Assembly (NCBI GenBank): GCA_965215015.1
Contig: OZ244042.1
Coordinates: 1,888,001 to 1,952,000, forward strand
Length of the DNA: 64,000 bases
Reading direction: 5' to 3'
DNA from: Candidatus Poribacteria bacterium
Lineage (GTDB): Bacteria > Poribacteria > WGA-4E > PCPOR2b
Shown: positions 1 through 9,341 of the stretch, one piece after another
Layout: every line of letters starts with the position of its first letter
Position numbering within the stretch: the stretch's first letter is position 1
Notes under the pieces: model-generated
The model's database searches: none
Seen by the model: the letters and a program-made list of their open reading frames with translations, nothing else
Told to the model about the DNA's origin: nothing
Program-made: the position numbers and the translations under genes

Positions 1-741
1 CTCTATCCCTTTGGTCCAAGTGTCTACTTCTTTGAAAGGAAGAACCTCGCCTATAACTTAGATACCAGTATTGAAGTTAAAACCCGCGGCAGCAAATCTG
101 CGCTTCGAGTGCTTCATTTTAACACACGAGTATCGGTGGATTTTACGAAATTTGAGGCGTTGGGTGAACGGCGATATGTACCGATTGAAAGCACGCTGAC
201 GATAGTTCCACTGGCGAGCCGAAACCTGAATTTCAGGTTCAGATCGACACACGACCCGAATCAATCGCACCTTGATGGAAAGCGACTGAAACAGATTGGT
301 TTCCGCTCCAACGTCAGTTATCGCCGCGACACATGGAATATAACGTTTGGAAACGCTTTTACCAAAAGAACGCAACGTGCCTCTCGATTTCTCACCGGTA
401 GTTTTCGATTTCGCCCCAGCCGATTGCTTGAGTTGAACCTCAGTGTCAATTATGACTGGATCGAAAAACAATTCTACTCACAAAGTATAACACTACGGCG
501 AAACTTACACGATTGGAATATGACGATTAGATGGAACCGCATCGGGATTAAGCGGGAACCACCCTTCGATAATGTGCGACAAGACTTCACTTTTCAGATT
601 AATCTGATTGCAGAGCCCGCTGCCTCAGTTGGGCTTGGCTATGACGCTACAACGGATACATGGGGATTCCGTACCCTGCCCGCTGGCGTTCCTTACGACG
701 CCTTTGGGGTCGGAAACTCACTTGGACGCTCTTACTTCTAA
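1..741 (+). CDS. C-terminal part of an outer-membrane beta-barrel, LptD/OstA-like (5' truncated by window)
   Basis: Frame is open from base 1 to TAA at 739-741. Amphipathic beta-strand pattern with a 'YDW...SITLRRNLHDW' end similar to LptD-type barrels. Confidence 0.55.
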   Translation, partial: LYPFGPSVYFFERKNLAYNLDTSIEVKTRGSKSALRVLHFNTRVSVDFTKFEALGERRYVPIESTLTIVPLASRNLNFRFRSTHDPNQSHLDGKRLKQIGFRSNVSYRRDTWNITFGNAFTKRTQRASRFLTGSFRFRPSRLLELNLSVNYDWIEKQFYSQSITLRRNLHDWNMTIRWNRIGIKREPPFDNVRQDFTFQINLIAEPAASVGLGYDATTDTWGFRTLPAGVPYDAFGVGNSLGRSYF

Positions 742-880
742 TACCAAACCTACAGTGCAAAGAGCAGCTAATTCCCCTGCTTGTGGCGATTCTTTGTGTT
801 TCTTGAGGGCAGCTCTCTTTTTTTTACGCAGAAATCAGGAATTTGCATAACGCGATCACCAAGATACTCTATAATATAAC

Positions 881-920
881 GCCTTGTCTGGCATAATCAG
901 GACAAGGCTTTTTTATTTTT
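881..920 (+). terminator. Rho-independent terminator
   Basis: GCCTTGTC...GACAAGGC stem followed by a T-run. Confidence 0.65.
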
Positions 921-930
921 TAACTCTCTA

Positions 931-959
931 TTGACTACTTAACAGATATATGCTATATT
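931..959 (+). promoter_or_regulatory. sigma70-type promoter upstream of uvrA
   Basis: TTGACT-17 bp-TATATT with an extended -10 TG. Confidence 0.6.
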
Positions 960-1189
960 AAATCCTGTAAAATTATGAGGATATATCCTCGAATCCATTC
1001 CATTAGCTCCCTACCTGCCGCAATTAGTCCTTCTTACTGCTGTGAAAAAGTGTGTTGCTGACACCTCAGATCTATGGTAAAATGGAACACATCGGGCACC
1101 CAATTTGAGAATGCATTAAGATACAGAATCTCGCTAAATGAATGGAATCGCCTGTTACTACCGAAAGACCTTCAGTCAAAGGAAAACTT

Positions 1190-4100
1190 ATGCCGGAGGA
1201 ATTTATCGACATCCGCGGCGCACGCGAACATAATCTCAGAAACATCAATCTCAAACTCCCCAAAGATAAGCTCATTGTCTTCACCGGTGTCAGTGGTTCC
1301 GGGAAATCATCGCTGGCATTCGATACAGTCTACGCTGAAGGCCAACGCCGCTATATCGAATCCCTCTCCGCTTATGCCCGTCAATTCCTTGGACAATTGG
1401 AAAAACCCGACGTCGACTTCATCGGCGGCCTTTCTCCATCCATCTCGATTGATCAGAAGTCGGGGGGAAACAACCCTCGCTCAACGGTCGCAACAATCAC
1501 AGAAATCTATGACTACCTACGCGTCCTGTTTGCGCGTGTGGGCACAACGCACTGCCTAGAGTGCGGCGCACCGGTGGGTGCCCAAACCGCAGAGGCAATT
1601 ATTGACCAAATCGTGAACCTACCGCCGCGGACTCGTATCTTAATCTTAGCACCAATCGTCAGTGGACGCCGCGGCGAGTATCGTGAACACCTTGAGGACG
1701 CACTCAAGGCGGGGTTTATTCGCGCACGGATTGATGGACAGGTTTATGACCTGCCGGCTGAAATTCAGCTAGACCGCAATCAGCGGCATAACATTGAAAT
1801 TGTCATTGACCGGATTATTGTCAAACCCGATATCCGCAGCCGCGTTGCAGAAGCGGTCGAAACCGCGCTGCGGATGGGAGAGGGCCGCCTGATTGTAAAC
1901 ATCGTCGAAGGAGAACTAGATGCAGGCGACCTCTTGTTCGGGGTGGACTATACCTGTGTGCACTGCAATATCAGCTATGAACCCCCTGCCCCACGAAATT
2001 TCTCGTTCAATAGCCCTGCGGGGATGTGCCCGACCTGCAAGGGGCTCGGAACGTTAACGAAGATGGACCCCAATCTGGTTGTCCCCGACCCAACGCTATC
2101 GATTGGGAACGGAGCGATTGTCTTTTGGGGGCAGCTTGACACACTACAGACACGACATTACGCCGAGAGTTTGGCAGCACATTTCGGTTTCAGCCTTGAC
2201 ACACCGTGGGAACAGTTGAGCGAGGCGCATCAGCACGCCATCCTTTATGGCACTGGAAAAGAGGAGATTCCTTTCGTCTATCGTTCCCGTCGAAACCGCC
2301 GCTATAAGTACCAAGCCACGTTTGAGGGTGTGATTCCACCCGAAGAACGAAAGTATTTCCAAGCAACCTCAGAGATTGTGAAGCGGCACTACGGAAAATA
2401 TATGGTCTCCGGCACATGTCTCGATTGCAACGGGACGCGACTCAAGCCAGAGATCAAGGCTGTGACGATCGATGGGAAATCCATCCTTGACGTCGTCGAA
2501 ATGGCGGTCGGAGATTGTTTTAGGTTCTTTGAAAAACTCCAGCTGCCTGCGCGTGAGGCGTTCATTGCGACCGATTTGCTGAAAGAGATACAAGGACGCC
2601 TCTGGTTCTTGATGAACGTTGGGTTACACTACCTCACCTTGGATCGCACCGCACCGACGCTTTCCGGGGGCGAGGCACAACGAATTCGGTTAGCCAGCCA
2701 GATTGGGGCAGGTTTGCGAGGCGTAGTTTATGTCCTCGACGAGCCCAGTATCGGCTTGCACCCGCGTGATAATCAGCACCTCCTCACGACGCTAAAGCAT
2801 CTCCGCGATCAGGGCAACACCGTAATCGTTGTGGAACATGACGAAGATACAATGTGGGAGGGAGATATGATCGTTGATTTCGGACCGGGCCCAGGAATCA
2901 AGGGCGGTGAGATTGCCGCAATCGGTACGCCGCAAGAGGTCGCTGAAGGGTCAACCTCTCTGACAGCACAATATCTCCGTGGTAAACAACAGATTGACAT
3001 CCCTACCGAACGCTGTCCAATTGGAAATCAATGGATCGATGTCTGTGGGGCGCGCCACAACAATCTCAAAGACGTTGATGTGCGAATTCCGATCGGGATT
3101 TTCACCTGTGTGACGGGGGTCAGCGGTTCTGGCAAAAGCTCCCTCATCAACGATATTCTATACGAGGGGCTTGCCCGTGATCTGATGAAGGCACATGCAC
3201 AACCGGGAGAGCACGATCTCATCCGGGCAATTACTATAGAGGACGAACCTCCGACCAATCAGGGGCAATGCACATCTGTGTCTCCAATTGACAAGATCAT
3301 TGATAAAGTCATCGATATTGATCAGTCGCCGATTGGGCGGACACCGCGATCGAATCCAGCCACCTACACCAAAGTATTCGATCAGATCCGTGCCCTTTAC
3401 GCCGAGATGTCTGAGTCCAAACTGCGCGGTTACAAACAGGGACGTTTCAGCTTCAATGTCAAAGGCGGGCGATGCGAAGCCTGCGAAGGCAATGGCTCAA
3501 AACGGATCGAAATGCACTTTATCGCCGATGTTTGGGTGAAGTGCAATATTTGTCACGGAAAACGGTATAACGACGAAACGCTACAGGTCGAATATAGAGG
3601 GGCGAACATCTCTGATGTAATCAACATGGACGTGCAAGAGGCTTTAGAGCACTTTGCGAACGTGCCGAAAATTGCAAAGATTCTACAAACCCTGCACGAT
3701 GTCGGTTTAGACTACATCAAGCTTGGGCAGCCAGCACCAACGCTCTCCGGGGGCGAAGCACAACGTATTAAGCTGGCGCGGGAGCTCGCTAAACGCAGCA
3801 CAGGCAAAACCCTCTATATCCTCGATGAACCGACAACTGGCTTGCATTTCGACGATGTCAGGAAACTCCTAAAAGTCTTGCACCAACTCGTTGATAGGGG
3901 CAACACCGTTGTCGTCATTGAGCACAACCTAGAAGTAATAAAAACAGCAGACTATCTTATAGACCTCGGGCCCGAAGGGGGTGAAGAGGGCGGCTATGTC
4001 GTTGCAACGGGGACACCGGAGGAAGTGGCAGCGGTTGAGGAATCGTATACGGGAATAGCGTTGAAGCCGGTACTGGAGTCGAGAAAAATAGAAGAACCTC

Positions 4101-6700
4101 CGACCAATCCTATGCAATATGCAATACACAGTACGCCGCACGTCCTGCAAGAGTCAACAACCTCTTATGAATTGACTAATAATAATGAGCAGAAATACAT
4201 TTCTGTGCATGGGGCGCACGAACACAATCTGAAGAACATCAGTGTAGACATTCCCCATCGGAAGCTCACGACGTTCACCGGCGTGAGCGGGTCAGGGAAA
4301 TCATCCCTGGCGTTGGACACCATCTACGCAGAGGGGCAACGACGCTATATTGAATCCCTTTCAGCGTATGCGCGGCAATTCTTAGGACAATTGGAAAAAC
4401 CGAAGGTTGAGAAGATTGAAGGACTCTCGCCCGCGATTGCCATTGAGCAGAAAGCTCCGAGCAAGAATCCGAGATCCACGGTCGGGACGGTCACAGAAAT
4501 TTACGACTACCTGCGTGTGCTTTATGCACGAGTTGGAATCGCCCACTGCCCGCAGTGTGGGTTGGAAATCAGTGCACAATCCGTGCAGCAGATTGTTGAC
4601 AAAGTTATGGAGTTGCCAACTGCAGCACGGATTTATGTCCTGTCTCCGTTGGTGCTGCGACCGAATGAGGATTATCCCAATGCTTTCCAACGTCTACAGC
4701 GGGACGGCTATGCTCGCGTTGAAATTGACGGACAAATTCACCCAATTGATCAAGCACCGAAAATCGGGAAGAGCATCCGACACGATGTTAAAATTGTTGT
4801 CGATCGTCTCGCCCTCGAACCCGATGAACGCGGGCGCTTGGCAGAAGCTATCGAAACGGCAACGCAGCAGAGTGGTGGAACGGTGACGGTGGGGTTAATA
4901 AACGAGGGAAAGCAGAAGGGTGAAGGTGCGGGAATCACACATCATGTCTTCAGTGAACATTTTGCCTGTGTCCCGTGCGGTTTGAGTTTTCCTGAACTGA
5001 CACCGCGGCACTTCTCATTTAACAGCTCTATCGGTCAATGTCCGACGTGCGAAGGTATTGGGACAATTGGACATCGGTTACACACCTGTCAGGAGTGCGA
5101 GGGCACACGAATTCAGCCCTTGGCAAGAGGTGTGACATTGGGGCAGAAAACTATCGCTAAGTTGACAGCGATGCCAATTGGAAGGACTGCCAGCTTCTTC
5201 GAGCAGCTCAAGCTGCCAACCCATCAGATGGAGATCGGCAGAGAATTGCTCAAAGAGATTCAACAACGCCTTCGATTCCTTGTTGATATTGGTTTACACT
5301 ACCTGACCCTAGATCGACCCGCACCAAGTCTCTCCGGCGGAGAGATGCAGCGTATCCGTCTGGCAAGCCAACTTGGCAGCGGTCTCACAGGAGTGACGTA
5401 CATCCTTGATGAACCGAGTATTGGATTACACCAGCGAGATCAGGAACGCCTCCTGAATGCATTGAAAGGACTCCGGGACCTTGGCAACAGTGTCCTAGTT
5501 GTTGAACACGACTTGGAAACCATGTTGGCATCGGATCACATTCTCGATTTTGGGCCACGCGCTGGAAAGTTCGGGGGTGAGATTGTTGCCGCCGGGGGGG
5601 CGACTCAAATTCAGCAGAGCGAAAATTCACTGACAGGCGGATACCTCACTGGAACGCTCAAGATTGAAGTCCCTCCGCAAAGACGCCAAGGCAAAGGCGA
5701 GAGGCTTGAGATGGTGGGTGTCCAAACCAATAATCTACAGAATATCAATGTCCAGATCCCGTTAGGGACACTGACATGCGTAACAGGAGTTTCCGGCTCA
5801 GGAAAAAGTTCACTGATTGAGGAGACGCTGTATCCTGTGCTCGTTTCTAACCTGAATCGGACGCGGATGCGATCAGGAAAATATCGAATGATTCGTGGAT
5901 TGGAATATCTTGACAAAGTAATCAACATCGATCAGCAGCCAATCGGGGACACCCCACGATCGAATCCAGCCACCTACACCGACCTGTTCACCAAGATTCG
6001 TTATCTCTTTGCCGATCTGCCGGAGTCCAAGGTCTACGGTTTCGATTCTCGTCGATTTAGTTTCAACCAGAAGGCGGGACAATGCGAAACATGTCGCGGG
6101 CACGGCTTCAATAAGGTTGAGATGCACTTTCTCGCAGACGTGTGGGTTAAATGTGAAACATGCAGCGGCACCGGCTACAACCGCGAAACCTTGCAAATCC
6201 GCTACAAGGGCAAAACCATCGCTGATATTCTAGGGATGACAGTCCAAGAAGCACTAAATCATTTCCAAAGCGTACCGACTATCCAAAGACCCCTGCAGAT
6301 GCTATACGATGTCGGCTTGGATTATATCGAACTCGGTCAGGCAGCGACAACGCTTTCTGGGGGCGAATCTCAACGTGTCAAGCTGGCGCGTGAACTCTCA
6401 AAGCGGAGCACCGGCAAAACCATCTACATCATGGACGAACCGACAACAGGTCTGCATTTTGATGATGTACAGAAGCTGTTGATAGTGCTCAACCGCTTGG
6501 TGGACAAAGGTAACACCATTGTCATCATTGAACACAACATGGATGTAATCAAAACCGCCGATTGGATTATTGACCTAGGTCCAGAGGGTGGAGCTGAGGG
6601 GGGCAAGGTTGTCGCTATGGGAACGCCAGAAGAAGTAGTGACCGTCGAGGAATCACATACGGGCAGGTTTTTGCAGAAGGCACTCACGACACCAACCTGA
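1190..6700 (+). CDS. uvrA: Excinuclease ABC subunit A, double-length (two fused UvrA units)
   Basis: Four GVSGSGKSS Walker A motifs, four LSGGE signatures, CxxC zinc modules, two 'AEGQRRYIESLSAYARQFL' blocks. Start placed at ATG 1190 after an AAGGA RBS; the ORF track starts at 1142. Confidence 0.95.
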   Translation: MPEEFIDIRGAREHNLRNINLKLPKDKLIVFTGVSGSGKSSLAFDTVYAEGQRRYIESLSAYARQFLGQLEKPDVDFIGGLSPSISIDQKSGGNNPRSTVATITEIYDYLRVLFARVGTTHCLECGAPVGAQTAEAIIDQIVNLPPRTRILILAPIVSGRRGEYREHLEDALKAGFIRARIDGQVYDLPAEIQLDRNQRHNIEIVIDRIIVKPDIRSRVAEAVETALRMGEGRLIVNIVEGELDAGDLLFGVDYTCVHCNISYEPPAPRNFSFNSPAGMCPTCKGLGTLTKMDPNLVVPDPTLSIGNGAIVFWGQLDTLQTRHYAESLAAHFGFSLDTPWEQLSEAHQHAILYGTGKEEIPFVYRSRRNRRYKYQATFEGVIPPEERKYFQATSEIVKRHYGKYMVSGTCLDCNGTRLKPEIKAVTIDGKSILDVVEMAVGDCFRFFEKLQLPAREAFIATDLLKEIQGRLWFLMNVGLHYLTLDRTAPTLSGGEAQRIRLASQIGAGLRGVVYVLDEPSIGLHPRDNQHLLTTLKHLRDQGNTVIVVEHDEDTMWEGDMIVDFGPGPGIKGGEIAAIGTPQEVAEGSTSLTAQYLRGKQQIDIPTERCPIGNQWIDVCGARHNNLKDVDVRIPIGIFTCVTGVSGSGKSSLINDILYEGLARDLMKAHAQPGEHDLIRAITIEDEPPTNQGQCTSVSPIDKIIDKVIDIDQSPIGRTPRSNPATYTKVFDQIRALYAEMSESKLRGYKQGRFSFNVKGGRCEACEGNGSKRIEMHFIADVWVKCNICHGKRYNDETLQVEYRGANISDVINMDVQEALEHFANVPKIAKILQTLHDVGLDYIKLGQPAPTLSGGEAQRIKLARELAKRSTGKTLYILDEPTTGLHFDDVRKLLKVLHQLVDRGNTVVVIEHNLEVIKTADYLIDLGPEGGEEGGYVVATGTPEEVAAVEESYTGIALKPVLESRKIEEPPTNPMQYAIHSTPHVLQESTTSYELTNNNEQKYISVHGAHEHNLKNISVDIPHRKLTTFTGVSGSGKSSLALDTIYAEGQRRYIESLSAYARQFLGQLEKPKVEKIEGLSPAIAIEQKAPSKNPRSTVGTVTEIYDYLRVLYARVGIAHCPQCGLEISAQSVQQIVDKVMELPTAARIYVLSPLVLRPNEDYPNAFQRLQRDGYARVEIDGQIHPIDQAPKIGKSIRHDVKIVVDRLALEPDERGRLAEAIETATQQSGGTVTVGLINEGKQKGEGAGITHHVFSEHFACVPCGLSFPELTPRHFSFNSSIGQCPTCEGIGTIGHRLHTCQECEGTRIQPLARGVTLGQKTIAKLTAMPIGRTASFFEQLKLPTHQMEIGRELLKEIQQRLRFLVDIGLHYLTLDRPAPSLSGGEMQRIRLASQLGSGLTGVTYILDEPSIGLHQRDQERLLNALKGLRDLGNSVLVVEHDLETMLASDHILDFGPRAGKFGGEIVAAGGATQIQQSENSLTGGYLTGTLKIEVPPQRRQGKGERLEMVGVQTNNLQNINVQIPLGTLTCVTGVSGSGKSSLIEETLYPVLVSNLNRTRMRSGKYRMIRGLEYLDKVINIDQQPIGDTPRSNPATYTDLFTKIRYLFADLPESKVYGFDSRRFSFNQKAGQCETCRGHGFNKVEMHFLADVWVKCETCSGTGYNRETLQIRYKGKTIADILGMTVQEALNHFQSVPTIQRPLQMLYDVGLDYIELGQAATTLSGGESQRVKLARELSKRSTGKTIYIMDEPTTGLHFDDVQKLLIVLNRLVDKGNTIVIIEHNMDVIKTADWIIDLGPEGGAEGGKVVAMGTPEEVVTVEESHTGRFLQKALTTPT

Positions 6701-6818
6701 TAACTTGTGATGATTCTTACTGCTGATATTTCGTATGTAAAAATTTCAGAACAAAGGGGAGGTAATGAGACTCGTTGGGCTAGAGTCCTACTGCCCCTGA
6801 ATCAGAAAGGAGCGTGTT

Positions 6819-8024
6819 ATGAAATGGATCGTCGTCCCGACAGTGCTACTTTTCTGTGTGGGTTGCGCCCTGTTTTTGAGATTCGGTGTGGAAGACCCGA
6901 TAGAACAGATCGCGCAGACTGTGTTAGAGGATCCTCATAGTGTCGGAAAGGCACCACCCCCTGATCAAATAACAGCCGATTTAGCAAACTTTCTCGGTTG
7001 GTATCAGTCTATGGTGAAAGATGCTTCGCCAGAAGTCCGCACCGTGATGAAAAGGTTTGACGCCAAGTTCCGAGCGAGCCCGTTAGATAGAAACGAGGAG
7101 ATAGAGCGATTTTTCCCTACCCATTTGTGGATACAGAAGCTATTGGACATGGGGATATCGATTGATGACTTTTCTGATTATTCAGGATATCTCAATTATA
7201 GGTGGACATATTACCATGCTCAAAACGATCCGGAAGCACTTTCTAATCTGAAATATCAATGTAGACTTGACGACGCTGTTTCTTGGGATGAGGTGGTAGA
7301 TGCGGGTATCCGTTTTTATGAAAAGCTGCATACTCTTACCAGCCAAACGATGGAAGCAGATCCGTTAGTCTACGGTGGAGAAATGGGGAGAGACGGTCTA
7401 TTTATCCCAGCCCGTTTAAAGACCGTATATGTGACCCCCAACGGTGGTATTTCGTATGGCACGGGGGTTCCAGAATGGGTTGGATATGAAATCAGCAAGC
7501 GAGAATCGGGGCTTCCTTCATCCAGAGAGCTACCAGACGACATCGACATCATCTACCTCGACGAAAAGGGGCAAGCGATAAAGGATAGGGTGCCCCCCAG
7601 TCGTGGTGATGAAATTGAAGGTTTCTCAAGCCGTGAATCAGACAGGACTTGGGACTCAGCAAGCGAGCAAGTCCCGTTAGATGATGATTTTGATAACTCG
7701 TTTCCTGATGACTTACCACCTTCCGATACAGAACTCCCTCAATTTGAAAAGCCTAATTTCCCCCCCAGCGTGGCAGACCTGGAGAAGCAGTTGGCACCAG
7801 AAAGGATTGAATCGGAACTGGGCGAAGGGTTATCGCCGGCGCGTTTTCGTAAGGGGCAACAGTTGATAGACCTGTATGGCACGGAGGAGGGGCTGCGTCG
7901 TTTGCGAGAGTCTGACCCTGAGGCTGCTCGTCGATTTGAGCAGGAGCGTCGGGGGGCCCCTTCCCGTGATGCGCCAAGAGGTCATACGCGTCGCGATGAT
8001 CAACCGCCTGATGGTTCGCCATAA
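6819..8024 (+). CDS. Hypothetical exported/membrane-anchored protein with acidic Pro-rich C-terminal region
   Basis: 401-aa ORF, AAAGGAG RBS, hydrophobic N-terminus. No recognised catalytic motif. Confidence 0.7.
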   Translation: MKWIVVPTVLLFCVGCALFLRFGVEDPIEQIAQTVLEDPHSVGKAPPPDQITADLANFLGWYQSMVKDASPEVRTVMKRFDAKFRASPLDRNEEIERFFPTHLWIQKLLDMGISIDDFSDYSGYLNYRWTYYHAQNDPEALSNLKYQCRLDDAVSWDEVVDAGIRFYEKLHTLTSQTMEADPLVYGGEMGRDGLFIPARLKTVYVTPNGGISYGTGVPEWVGYEISKRESGLPSSRELPDDIDIIYLDEKGQAIKDRVPPSRGDEIEGFSSRESDRTWDSASEQVPLDDDFDNSFPDDLPPSDTELPQFEKPNFPPSVADLEKQLAPERIESELGEGLSPARFRKGQQLIDLYGTEEGLRRLRESDPEAARRFEQERRGAPSRDAPRGHTRRDDQPPDGSP

Positions 8025-8298
8025 CAATCAATCCCGATAAAATGAAACTGGGGGGCTCTTTGGCTTTGCAGCCGTATGGCTCACAATCTGCCTTGGATAC
8101 CCCTTATGTCTGTTAGACGACTTGAAGCCTTACGGCGACAAGACCCTCACAGTTGACCTGATAAATCCTTCCTTCTATCGAAACTGGCTTCTAGAGAATG
8201 TTATAGATCTTGGCGAAGGTTGTAAATCCTCGTCGATTCGGTTTGAAGCCAATATCAACTATCACAGGCTCTTGGTGTTCGGTCATGGTTGTAAATCC

Positions 8299-8706
8299 TC
8301 ATGACTCATGTTGTGTTAAGTGGTCGATGTGGTTCTGGTTGAGTTTGCTGAGTTCTAATCGGACATCCCTGATTTCGGCTTGCATATCCGATAGCCGTTG
8401 ATTGGTTTCGGCTTGCATATCCGATAGCCGTTGATTGGTTTCGGCTTGCATATCCGATAGCCGTTGATTGGTTTCAGCTTGCATATCCGATAGCCGTTGA
8501 TTGGTTTCGGCTTGCATACCCGATAATCGTTTGTCCATCCGATCTTCGAGGCGTTCAAACGCGTGAAAGAGCGTCTCACTATGTTTTTCTATCTTCTTAT
8601 CGTTCTGCCCAATGCGGTAGAACATAATCGCTACATGCCCAATGAACGCAATGATAGCGAATACCACCAATATCAGGTGGCTTGGGCTCCAGCCTGCAAA
8701 GTCCAT
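8299..8706 (-). CDS. Small membrane-anchored coiled-coil protein with 11-aa repeats
   Basis: N-terminal TM helix followed by 4-5 copies of MQAETNQRLSD. AAGGA RBS. Confidence 0.7.
   Translation of the reverse strand: MDFAGWSPSHLILVVFAIIAFIGHVAIMFYRIGQNDKKIEKHSETLFHAFERLEDRMDKRLSGMQAETNQRLSDMQAETNQRLSDMQAETNQRLSDMQAETNQRLSDMQAEIRDVRLELSKLNQNHIDHLTQHES
8373..8530. repeat. 33-bp intragenic tandem repeat (about 4.7 copies)
   Basis: TTTC(G/A)GCTTGCAT units at 8373, 8406, 8439, 8472 and 8505. Confidence 0.9.
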
Positions 8707-8765
8707 TTGTTGAGTTTCCTTTCTTTTCTCTGTGTTGAAAAGCCAAGTGGGGCTTAGGTTTGCGT

Positions 8766-8966
8766 CTAATTTTCGATGTTGACTTTCCTGTAGTTTCTCC
8801 GTTTGGTTTCACGCTCTATTAACTTGGGCAGGTCACTCAGTACACAGGTGCGAATGATTTCGGCACGGCTGACTTTAAGACGCCTTGCTGCATCTTCTAT
8901 TTTTTTAGCGTCTTTGTCGGTAAAATTGACAAACATCTGCCGTGTCAAGTTGTCCTTGAGTTGCAT
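8766..8966 (-). CDS. Ribbon-helix-helix (CopG-like) DNA-binding protein
   Basis: MQLKDNLTRQMFVNFTDKDAKKIEDAARRLKVSRAEIIRTCV: strand-helix-'SRAEIIR' helix pattern. AAAGGTGG RBS before ATG 8966. Confidence 0.7.
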   Translation of the reverse strand: MQLKDNLTRQMFVNFTDKDAKKIEDAARRLKVSRAEIIRTCVLSDLPKLIERETKRRNYRKVNIEN

Positions 8967-9048
8967 TGTATCACCACCTTTCAGGGGAGTTGATAAAGGA
9001 TAACACATTTCTAGTAGATTGTCTATTAAAAAACGCTGATAAAAGTGC

Positions 9049-9077
9049 TTGACTTCCGTGTGATTATCGGTTATAAT
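9049..9077 (+). promoter_or_regulatory. sigma70 promoter divergent from the RHH gene
   Basis: TTGACT-17 bp-TATAAT. An opposite-strand TAGACA-17-TATCCT lies at about 9025-8997. Confidence 0.65.
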
Positions 9078-9091
9078 GTACGTAGATAAGA

Positions 9092-9244
9092 ATGTCAACT
9101 ATCCGTTTACTTCTCGCTTTAGAAGGAAAATCTTGGCGTGCACTGCTTGACACTGATAAACCTGTTCACTGTTTTAAGTTAAAAGAGAAGGGTAAGTTGT
9201 ACATCATCGCGCACCGTCAGTTCGAGGTTCTTAAAAAACTGTGA
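9092..9244 (+). CDS. Putative 50-aa small protein
   Basis: ATG 15 nt downstream of the -10 box; MSTIRLLLALEGKSW...FEVLKKL*. Below the ORF-track size cutoff, no recognised motif. Confidence 0.3.
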   Translation: MSTIRLLLALEGKSWRALLDTDKPVHCFKLKEKGKLYIIAHRQFEVLKKL

Positions 9245-9341
9245 TTGCCTTTTGAGGAGATTTCCAATTAACTCATAGTTAAATTTTTTTTAATTCGCTT
9301 AACATACCTACTGATACTCGCGATTTTAGAAAGGGGCACAT

